The notes beneath the pieces are model-generated. The model saw only the letters and a list, made by a program, of their open reading frames with translations, was not told where the DNA came from and searched no databases. Below, piece after piece: positions 31,192-38,491 of a DNA stretch of 64,000 nucleotides (positions are counted from its first letter, which is position 1; each line of letters opens with the position of its first letter). The DNA comes from an uncultured Gammaproteobacteria bacterium (lineage in GTDB: Bacteria > Pseudomonadota > Gammaproteobacteria > CAWCPV01), in contig CAWCPV010000006.1 of the NCBI GenBank assembly GCA_963797555.1, forward strand, positions 72,102 to 136,101. Reading direction: 5' to 3'. Position numbers and translations under genes: made by a program.

Positions 31192-31590
31192 TTAGAAGGT
31201 CAAGACCTTGTCGCAGGAAAGAATTAAGTCCGCAAGCACTCCGCCCCCGGACAGTGCGTCCACCTCGTCGATGATGTCCTTGCTCTCGTCGATATCATAG
31301 CCAGGCAGCGCCGGCAGACACAAGTGCAGCTTCACGCCAGCCCTCTTGGCGTCGCGAATGAATTCGATGATGCGCTTTCCCCCCACCATGGCCGCGAGGC
31401 TCTCGGCCACCCCGTTTTCCGCCAGTTGCACAGCCTCCATGGTGAGAAAGATATTTACCTCGGCATCCATGGCCGCGAGAATAGCGCCTAAGTAGAACGG
31501 GGTAGCACAGCGATGAGGCGCGCTTGGACCGCTGGTCATGATGATGACCACCGATCTCGCCTCGGCCTCTATTAAGTGAACCGGGTCCAC
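31192..31590 (-). CDS. DsrE/DsrF-like family sulfur-relay protein
   Basis: VVIIMTSGPSAPHRCATPFYLGAILAAMDAEVNIFLTMEAV is the DsrE-fold N-terminus with a conserved Cys. GTG 31590 chosen as start because the internal ATG would truncate the fold. Confidence 0.6.
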   Translation of the reverse strand: MDPVHLIEAEARSVVIIMTSGPSAPHRCATPFYLGAILAAMDAEVNIFLTMEAVQLAENGVAESLAAMVGGKRIIEFIRDAKRAGVKLHLCLPALPGYDIDESKDIIDEVDALSGGGVLADLILSCDKVLTF

Positions 31591-31592
31591 GG

Positions 31593-31984
31593 TCAGGCTC
31601 GATCCTGAGTTCGCTCGCGGTGGACGCCTTTGCCAACCGCGTCGTCGCAGTATCCGCGGCACGCCCCATCCCAGGTTCGGAAATCGGGCAGGGCACCGTC
31701 CGGCCCGGCCACGGCCTCCACCCTTGCGGCCCATGCATCATAGGCCACCCGGTTGAGCGGGCTCGGGTCCTCCAGGACGGCACTGTTGGCCATCCGGATC
31801 ACGCCGACGAAGCAGTGAGGAACCAGCCCCGCCGAGCTGGCGTTCTCAATAGTGCCCACCGGTTTCTCCGCGGGCCCGCGACTCCGGGACGCCGCGCACA
31901 GGGAAAGCGTTGCCGGCAATGTTTCTGGGACATGCCGGTCATTCCGATGCTAAGCGTTCCATCCTGCTCCCGGCGCACCCACAT
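31593..31984 (-). pseudogene. Second GcvH/LbpA-like gene, frameshifted and lacking the lipoyl-lysine
   Basis: Frame A reads MWVRREQDGTLSIGMTGMSQKH. After a 1-nt slip near 31925, another frame reads LPATLSL...KPVGTIENASSAGLVPHCFVGVIRMANSAVLEDPSPLNRVAYDAWAARVE. ENASS sits where ES(V/G)K is expected. Confidence 0.5.
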
Positions 31985-32371
31985 CTAGTACTCCTCATCG
32001 TAGTACAGGTCACAACGGCTTTCACAGGCCGTTGCACTGCATCCGACCGAAATCCCCTTCCCTGGGAACGACCGCGGGGGCTTTCGGCGGCTGCACTCCT
32101 GCAAGGCTAGCTAGCGAGAATCGCTTGGACGAACCCCCGCTGCTTGAGCAGATCTGGCGTGTCACCCTCGTTCCCTGGATCCCAGCTTGCGCGGCGACAA
32201 GCCCAAGTCGAGGCCCAGGAGCTACGAGAAATACAATATCCTGACGCTGGTGTTGATACCGAAGACCTTCTCCGCCCGTACTTGGTCCACCTCAGGGACT
32301 CTTGCGCCGAAGTGTCCTGTCAGCGGTGGGATGTCACAGAGGTTTGGGACGGCGGGGCGTGCGCAGCGCGA

Positions 32372-32433
32372 GGTGTGCAGCTTCGGCCGATCCTGCCCGA
32401 GGAGCGGGGCCGCTGGGATGCGCTGATGCGCTG
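32372..32433 (+). pseudogene. Short DUF4338-like gene fragment (copy 1 of a direct repeat)
   Basis: Encodes GVQLRPILPEERGRWDALMR. About 80% identical at nucleotide level to 33650-33711. Same motif region as ...LWNGLIDRYHYLG in the DUF4338 ORF at 37619. Confidence 0.4.
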
Positions 32434-32475
32434 GTATTTTATCACATCAGATTTATTGTCCTGCATCCGATGGCC

Positions 32476-32507
32476 AATAATAACCCCGCCTCGGCGGGGT
32501 TATTATT
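32476..32507 (-). terminator. Rho-independent terminator (bidirectional hairpin) 18 nt downstream of the 32525-33424 gene
   Basis: Perfect palindrome AATAATAACCCCGCC-TC-GGCGGGGTTATTATT. Confidence 0.6.
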
Positions 32508-32524
32508 AACAGCACATCGCGGCG

Positions 32525-33424
32525 TCAGCCTTTTCCTCCCGCAGCCAGGGTCAACGCCTTCTTGATAGCGTCCGGTGCACACATGATGGACATAAAGCTA
32601 TGACCACCCATCATGGACAGATCCGGAAAATCGATCGCGATGCGGAAGCGCGCGTTCAGAGCGTAGACGGTGTTACCGGAAACGAGCATCTCGTAAGGAA
32701 GGTGCGGGCTGTGCTTGATCGGTCCAGAATCGATGCGTTCCATGATGTATTGATCTCCGCTGCAGCCTTCAGTCATATGTACCCCAAACACCGTCTCTTC
32801 CTTGCCGGAGATGTCAATACGATAGACCTTGGAGACGCCGCCGCGGCTGGCCGCTAAACCGCCTTCCACAGCTTTCACTGCCTGGTCGTAACTACCATAG
32901 GTGGCCAGCACGTCTGGTTCGTCGAAGTACGGCATACCGAACATATAGTGGTATTTGCGCAGCTTGGTGGCCGGAAGTCCGTCCTTCGATCCGAAGGCTT
33001 CCACCATGCCGAGGGCGTCCGTGAGGGACGACTGGACGCCGCTGGAGTCGTAGCCCATGCGGTAGGCACTCGCCATATAGAGGGGATTGGTGTAGGCGAT
33101 CTGGACCTCGTCACCCGCCTGGGTCACCGACACCCGCTGCATCGCGCCGAAGCCTCCCTTCTCCGACTTCGCGGCGCCCGCCCGCAGATCATCGTTCGTC
33201 ACCACGAGGATGTGGGCTTCGGGATACGGCGAGTATTCCCCGACAACTTGGAGCCCATGGCCGCCCAGGCTCTGCCTGACCTCGACCACCTTGTCCTGAA
33301 GCTGTCCTGGCCCACGCCACGCGAGATAGAAAGGCTTGAGATTTTCGTCCGCCGCACAGGCCGGACCCTGCACCGCAGCCCACAGCAGGGCCGGCCACAG
33401 GATGGCTTTCGTTACTGTTCGCAT
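32525..33424 (-). CDS. Secreted protein of unknown function (299 aa)
   Basis: Signal peptide MRTVTKAILWPALLWAAVQGPACAA. Clean ORF with a terminator. No family recognised. Confidence 0.6.
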   Translation of the reverse strand: MRTVTKAILWPALLWAAVQGPACAADENLKPFYLAWRGPGQLQDKVVEVRQSLGGHGLQVVGEYSPYPEAHILVVTNDDLRAGAAKSEKGGFGAMQRVSVTQAGDEVQIAYTNPLYMASAYRMGYDSSGVQSSLTDALGMVEAFGSKDGLPATKLRKYHYMFGMPYFDEPDVLATYGSYDQAVKAVEGGLAASRGGVSKVYRIDISGKEETVFGVHMTEGCSGDQYIMERIDSGPIKHSPHLPYEMLVSGNTVYALNARFRIAIDFPDLSMMGGHSFMSIMCAPDAIKKALTLAAGGKG

Positions 33425-33649
33425 GTTTTCGTCTCCTGTTGGTGAGTCTCGGTCTTCCCATGTATATCATAGACGGCGGATTGCGGGCCGTCGCTGCGCG
33501 GACCACTTCAGGGCCCCATCCTCCTCACTGGCACCCTCATGATGCCAGAGGTACTCATCCTGACGACTGGACTTTTCCTGAGTAGCGTTCCAGCAGCGGG
33601 GGCTTACTCGGGGGTCAGGGTTGCAGGGTACTTCCATCGCGTTCTGCTT

Positions 33650-33727
33650 GGGGTGCACGTTCGACCCGTCGGGCCCGAGAAGCGGGACCGCTGGGAGGCG
33701 CTGATGCGCTCGCATCACTATCTGGGC
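33650..33727 (+). pseudogene. Short DUF4338-like gene fragment (copy 2 of a direct repeat)
   Basis: Encodes GVHVRPVGPEKRDRWEALMRSHHYLG and then degenerates. Sits immediately upstream of tRNA-Ala. Confidence 0.4.
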
Positions 33728-33861
33728 CCGCGCTCATCCTCGAGTGGCTCCGGCAGGAGACAGGGCCGCCGGGCGGTGGAGTGGACGGTGTTCCTGAGCA
33801 CCCACTGCTCGCTCCGGGCTCGCACCGCCCCTGTCCTTGGTGTTAGAATCTCAGAGCCGAT

Positions 33862-33937
<76 letters not shown>

Positions 33938-33977
33938 TCCACGCGGGGCCGGGCAATGCCCGGCCCGCTTGTGCCCC

Positions 33978-34054
33978 GCCCCGGTAGCTCAGCAGGATAG
34001 AGCGTCCCCCTCCTAAGGGGAAGGTCAGCCGTTCGAGTCGGCTCCGGGGCGCCA
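33978..34054 (+). tRNA. tRNA-Arg (anticodon CCT)
   Basis: 77-nt cloverleaf: acceptor GCCCCGG/CCGGGGC, anticodon stem TCCCC/GGGGA with loop CTCCTAA, T-arm AGCCG-TTCGAGT-CGGCT, encoded CCA. Confidence 0.95.
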
Positions 34055-34480
34055 CTCTCGGGAAGTGAAGGAGGCTCGGTGCTACCGCGGTGCTACCGAA
34101 CCAAGACCGGCCGGGGCGTTACCCGTAACGCGTTACGGTGCTGTTACGATGCGCCGGCAGGCACAAAAAACCCCGCGCGGGGCGGGGTGAAGGGGGTGGG
34201 GTACTACCCTACATGCTCGGGCGAGATTGGGGCGTTAGGCGAAGCCTACGCCCGCTGTGGGTGAGCAGTGTCGAGACTTGACACGGTGATGCGGACGGTG
34301 GTTCGATCCTATTCGTGCCTACCAGCTTCAAGACGGTAACAGAGGGTTCGGGGTAACCGAACCCACACCACAACCCCGCACGCGGCGAGGTCCAGGGTGG
34401 CGGGATGTTAGGGCTACGGGGTCCGTGTTGTCTCGGCTTCTGTCAGAAACTCAGTCCAGGCGCGCATGCACTAGGCTGTC

Positions 34481-34774
34481 ATGGCTAATAATCGCAAAGC
34501 TCGAAAGCAGATCAAGACCACCGTTCGCGCCATCAGCAACGCGCTGTATGGTGCCGGTACTGTTGTTCAGCTCTGGCCTGACTGCCCCACCATGCGAAAA
34601 ATTGTGAGGTCGCCGGATGGTCGGTGGACGGTGCGTAGCTCTTCTGTCCCTGTCCACTGTGACCATGGCTATGCCTCTGATTGTGAGGCAATGCAAAGCG
34701 ACTGGGTACGTATCGGCGGGGACGTGAAGGTGGCACTCGCGAAATGGCGACGTGACTACGAAAAGAAGGGATAA
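34481..34774 (+). CDS. Hypothetical protein (97 aa)
   Basis: ORF only. First gene after the tRNAs and overlaps the next ORF. No motif recognised. Confidence 0.35.
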   Translation: MANNRKARKQIKTTVRAISNALYGAGTVVQLWPDCPTMRKIVRSPDGRWTVRSSSVPVHCDHGYASDCEAMQSDWVRIGGDVKVALAKWRRDYEKKG

Positions 34775-35180
34775 GCGCCTACCGGAGGCGAAGGATGCTT
34801 TGTCCTCGCAGGATGCTTCCTCCCATCATCAAGGGGCGCCCCAGCAAATAACAGCCAAATGGCAAGGTCCATTACCGCCTCCCGCTTTACTTGATCAATA
34901 CGAACGCACTCTGCCCGGTGCAGCCGAGCGCATTTTGGCCATGGCTGAGAAGGAACAAGGGCACCGGCACACCTTTGAGCAGTCCGCCATCCGCATTGAT
35001 GCCCGAGAAGCCTCTGTCGGGCAGTGGTTGGCGTTCGCCATCGGAGCGCTTACGATTATATGTGGCACCTACACGGCAACTCATGGAGCCCAAGTAGCCG
35101 GTGCCTTCATCGGAACCGGCGGCGTGGTTGGATTGGTTTCTGCCTTCATCTTCGGGCGGGTGCGTCGACCGCCAGATTGA
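34752..35180 (+). CDS. DUF2335-like membrane protein
   Basis: LPPPALLDQYERTLPGAAERILAMAEKEQGHRH followed by two TM helices is the DUF2335 pattern. Confidence 0.6.
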   Translation: MTTKRRDKRLPEAKDALSSQDASSHHQGAPQQITAKWQGPLPPPALLDQYERTLPGAAERILAMAEKEQGHRHTFEQSAIRIDAREASVGQWLAFAIGALTIICGTYTATHGAQVAGAFIGTGGVVGLVSAFIFGRVRRPPD

Positions 35181-35205
35181 GCTGGCGTACCGCTAGGAGC
35201 ATCTC

Positions 35206-35694
35206 GTGACCATCCGTACGACGCCGGCGAAACTTCACTGGAACTACTTCCTGGCGTTAGAGCGGGATATGGACTTAACGTCTCGCTACGTCGAATTCTG
35301 CCAATCAAACTTCTTAGCTTTTTCTATAGAGTTTGCCCATCTTCTATTTGCCGCTGCATCTGAGGTTGATGTTGTTGCGAAGCTCCTCTGCGAACTAGTG
35401 GAGCCTGCTGCGCCGAGAGGAAATATCGATGCGTACAGGTCCGTTTTGCTTCCTGCGCTGCCAAATCTTCCCGATACCGAAGTAATTGTTCTTCGCTATG
35501 GATTGACCTTCCAGCCGTGGGAGAACTGGGCTAACGGCGAGAATCCGGATTGGTGGCGCTACTACTCCCGCAAACTAGCCGCACAGCCAAATGAAGTTCT
35601 GGCCCCGAAGGACACGACGCAACAGTTGTATCCCCAGTCAGAATTGATTCGTCTCCACGGAGACTACTACCACAGATATCTAGTGGCTTCTTGA
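35206..35694 (+). CDS. Hypothetical protein (162 aa), lower-GC cargo gene
   Basis: Clean ORF with GTG start. An all-alpha, HEPN-like look (WNYFLALERDM...EVDVVAKLLC...) but no R-x4-6-H motif could be confirmed. Confidence 0.45.
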   Translation: MTIRTTPAKLHWNYFLALERDMDLTSRYVEFCQSNFLAFSIEFAHLLFAAASEVDVVAKLLCELVEPAAPRGNIDAYRSVLLPALPNLPDTEVIVLRYGLTFQPWENWANGENPDWWRYYSRKLAAQPNEVLAPKDTTQQLYPQSELIRLHGDYYHRYLVAS

Positions 35695-35838
35695 GCCCTC
35701 GGTGTGTCACGGGCAGCGCTCGCAGTCGGGGCCCGGGGCCTAACGCGGGAAGGGGCGGAGGGGTGACTGTGGGAACGAGCGTGGCGCCGGTCGGGGATGA
35801 GTAGTATCAGAAACGGCAAATCTAACCACGGATTCTTC

Positions 35839-35864
35839 AAAAAAACCCCCGGCCGAAGCCGGGG
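35839..35864 (-). terminator. Rho-independent terminator of the capsid-like operon
   Basis: The minus strand reads CCCCGGC-TTCG-GCCGGGG followed by GTTTTTTT, about 110 nt after the stop at 35976. Confidence 0.6.
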
Positions 35865-35975
35865 AGGAAGGAGCGACAGACGAAGTTGCCGCGTCGCGCC
35901 GGGGAGTGAGGCCGGCGACCGGAGCGGTGCGTCCCGCAGCCCGCGGTTCTCAGCGCAGGCGGCGGCCGGTGGGCT

Positions 35976-36182
35976 TTACTTGCGGCGCCCTACATGCCCC
36001 AGGGCGGCAGTACGCTCCTGTCCCAGCTCCAACGCCATGGCCTCGGAGCGCGACATGCAGAACAGGACTTTCGAGTCACCTACGAGCCGTTGACCCTCGG
36101 CAGCGCTGATGACACTGCGCACAAAGGCAAACGTACCGTCGTGCCGGCGGCGCATCACAACCCAGGGATCGCGTCGACTCAT
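35976..36182 (-). CDS. Hypothetical protein (68 aa), translationally coupled
   Basis: MSRRDPWVVMRRRHDGTFAFV... ATGA overlap with the upstream ORF at 36179-36182. Confidence 0.4.
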   Translation of the reverse strand: MSRRDPWVVMRRRHDGTFAFVRSVISAAEGQRLVGDSKVLFCMSRSEAMALELGQERTAALGHVGRRK

Positions 36183-36445
36183 TGCAACCCCTGCGCCGCA
36201 GGGCACAGCGTCGATCCAGCGGGTATCTCGGTCACGTCCAACGGCTGCGTAAAAAGCAGCCCGTCGCCGGTAATCATCGCAAAAACTCCAGCCGACTCCT
36301 CGGTGCAAACCGCGACGGCAGGAATCCCGGGCACAGAATCACGAAGTTTGGCCGCAACCGCAGTGGCGCATTTACGGCAAATTCCGGCATGGCGCTGGAA
36401 CGAACGCGATGCAGCTCGGACTTGGGTACGGGTCAGGGTGCTCAT
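36179..36445 (-). CDS. Hypothetical protein (88 aa), translationally coupled
   Basis: Its start overlaps the stop of the capsid-like gene (TAATG). No motif recognised. Confidence 0.4.
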   Translation of the reverse strand: MSTLTRTQVRAASRSFQRHAGICRKCATAVAAKLRDSVPGIPAVAVCTEESAGVFAMITGDGLLFTQPLDVTEIPAGSTLCPAAQGLQ

Positions 36446-37494
36446 TATGCGGTTGCCTTCACAATACCGTTCCGGCCAATTGCCTGAATCCCGGTAATGA
36501 ACTCGAATCGAAACGCTTGACCGTCATACGTTAGTGGCGTGCGGACTCGGGAAACACTCGGAGTATTCGGGAAGTTCAGCGCCATCCTGGCGATGACGGG
36601 TGCAATCGCCGGGTCACCCATTAGATAGGATGCCCCGCTCGGCAACCATGGGTTGCAGATAACTTGAATACCAGGAACGCCAGCATACAAACTCGCCACG
36701 GTGGCCGCCGCTGCGATCTCCGAATCGCCAGGGACCACCCAAAACGCAGGCTTGATATTGCCGACGTTGCCGACTCCCGTGGTGTTCGTCCGCAACTTCG
36801 CGGCCGCATTACCCAAACCCGTTATCGTGGCGACTCCACCCGAGACCGAATTGCCGGCGCCGATCAACGGTGCGCCGTCGCCCAAATTGCCGTTTGCCTG
36901 AATGACAGCGGCAATCTGCGCCGCTTCTATTCTCGCCGCATGTCCCGACAATTGCTCGGTCGCCGAAATAATAATGTCCGCGTCACCATTGATCAACATT
37001 TGGCGAGAGACGAGAAAACGCGCACCAAAAACAGAAGGCTCCCCGGTGACTCCGGCACTGGCGAGAATCGGAGCGAATTGAATCGGTCCTCCGCTCTTCG
37101 GAATAAACGAAAGCTCGCCCAGATCCAGCTCGGGAAACGAAATCGGCCTAAGATCGCGAGCTACGATGTCCCGACAAATAGAGCCATGCTCCGCAGATTG
37201 TTTATCGTAGCTGATGGCGGGAACTCGCGACAACGCGACGGCGAGAGCCTCCCCAAAATCCGACGTGGTTAGCTGTCTCGTCGCTTCGGAGCCGGTGCGC
37301 CCGCTGCCATGGCCGCTCAAATGCGCTGCGATGTCAAGCAACGAAACTCGCTCGTCCGGGCCGTTGAGCAGCTCCGCGACCGGGTGCGCGTCGGGCACGC
37401 GCTGCCCAGCTCGGAGGAGGAGAAAATCAGGCAGAGCTTCGAGAATGTCTTGCCTGGCGAACGGAATCGGTCGGGTCAATCGTGGCTCTGGCAT
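36445..37494 (-). CDS. Putative phage major-capsid-like protein (349 aa)
   Basis: Gly/Ala/Val-rich, beta-type sequence resembling HK97-fold capsid proteins (...AFWVVPGDSEIAAAATVASLYAGVPGIQVICNPWLPSGASYLMGDPAIAPVIARM...). Strong SD AAGGAGGTGA precedes ATG 37494. The assignment rests on resemblance and context only. Confidence 0.4.
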   Translation of the reverse strand: MPEPRLTRPIPFARQDILEALPDFLLLRAGQRVPDAHPVAELLNGPDERVSLLDIAAHLSGHGSGRTGSEATRQLTTSDFGEALAVALSRVPAISYDKQSAEHGSICRDIVARDLRPISFPELDLGELSFIPKSGGPIQFAPILASAGVTGEPSVFGARFLVSRQMLINGDADIIISATEQLSGHAARIEAAQIAAVIQANGNLGDGAPLIGAGNSVSGGVATITGLGNAAAKLRTNTTGVGNVGNIKPAFWVVPGDSEIAAAATVASLYAGVPGIQVICNPWLPSGASYLMGDPAIAPVIARMALNFPNTPSVSRVRTPLTYDGQAFRFEFITGIQAIGRNGIVKATA

Positions 37495-37618
37495 GGTCAC
37501 CTCCTTGATCATGGCGTTATACACATCTCCCCGTAGCTAGGGCTGCTGCCCCTCTGGACACAGCCCCCGGAAGCTGATTCAATGCCCCCATCGTTCACCA
37601 GGTGACGAGGGGGAGCAG

Positions 37619-38491
37619 ATGGAGAAGGGGTTGCCGAGGTGGTTGGGTGGGCGCGTGCTGAGCGCGGGGGAGCTTGAGAGCATACGGCGGGAGGCTCGGC
37701 TGGCGGAGCCCCGAGTGCGAGCCGAGGTGGCGCGGCGGGTGTGTCGGGTGCTGGGGTGGACCGATGCAGCCGGTAGGCCCAAGCTGATGAGCTGTCGAGT
37801 CGGGCTGCTGCGGCTGCATCGGGCAGGCTGGATCGAGCTGCCGGCGCCGCGCAACGGTAACGGCAATGGGAAGGGGCTGTCGCGCGAGCCGCAAGATTGG
37901 CCCGCTGAGGTACCGGTGGTGGGCGCAGTGCGGGATTTGCAGGGTCTGCACTTGGCGCCGGTTGCTGACCCGGCGGACTCGGCGCTGTGGAATGGGCTCA
38001 TCGACCGGTACCATTATTTGGGCTACCGGCCGCTGCCCGGTGCCCAGCTGCGCTATCTGATTCGCTGGGACGCGGGTGTGGTGGGGGCCATGGGCTTCGG
38101 GGCCGCGGCCTGGAAGGTGGGCGTGCGCGACCGCTGGATTGGCTGGGATGCGCCAAGCCGTGCGCAGCACCTGGGGCAGGTGCTGAACCATGCGCGGTTT
38201 CTCATTCTGCCGTGGGTGCGGGTGGCGAACCTGGCCTCCAAGGTCCTCGGGCGGGCCGCGCGGCAGGTGCCGGGCGAGTTCGAAGAGCGCTACGGGGTAC
38301 GCCCGGTGCTGCTGGAGACCTTTGTCGAGGCCGGCCGGTTCGCGGGCACCTGCTACCGGGCGGCCAACTGGCATCATCTGGGGCAGACCACCGGGCGGGG
38401 CAAGCTCGACCGTGAGGCGCTGCCCATCAAGGATGTCTATGTGTATCCGCTCGATGGCCGCTTTCGCCGGGCGCTCGGGGGAGCCGCATGA
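37619..38491 (+). CDS. DUF4338 (DruA-like) domain protein, first ORF of the IS
   Basis: WNGLIDRYHYLGYRPLPGAQLRYLI...RDRWIGWD...NHARFLILPWVRVANLASKVL...TCYRAANWHHLGQTTGRGK. ATGA overlap with the transposase at 38488-38491. Confidence 0.7.
   Translation: MEKGLPRWLGGRVLSAGELESIRREARLAEPRVRAEVARRVCRVLGWTDAAGRPKLMSCRVGLLRLHRAGWIELPAPRNGNGNGKGLSREPQDWPAEVPVVGAVRDLQGLHLAPVADPADSALWNGLIDRYHYLGYRPLPGAQLRYLIRWDAGVVGAMGFGAAAWKVGVRDRWIGWDAPSRAQHLGQVLNHARFLILPWVRVANLASKVLGRAARQVPGEFEERYGVRPVLLETFVEAGRFAGTCYRAANWHHLGQTTGRGKLDREALPIKDVYVYPLDGRFRRALGGAA

Noticed and set aside
26196-33500. sHdr (heterodisulfide-reductase-like) genes adjacent to the lipoate cluster
   Set aside because: I looked for CCG-domain, HdrA-like flavoprotein and ferredoxin-type ORFs on both sides and found none. 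Only IS debris, a secreted protein and a CaCA transporter are present.
34291-34324. Possible third tRNA or tmRNA 3' end
   Set aside because: It has a T-loop-like GGTTCGATCC, but the flanking bases cannot pair into a T-stem and no acceptor partner lies upstream. It is treated as an att-type remnant only.
37619-38491. DUF4338 ORF as evidence for a Druantia defence system
   Set aside because: No DruB-DruE-like large genes or DUF1998 helicase are anywhere in the window. The ORF lies inside defined IS ends and is coupled to a Tn5-like transposase.
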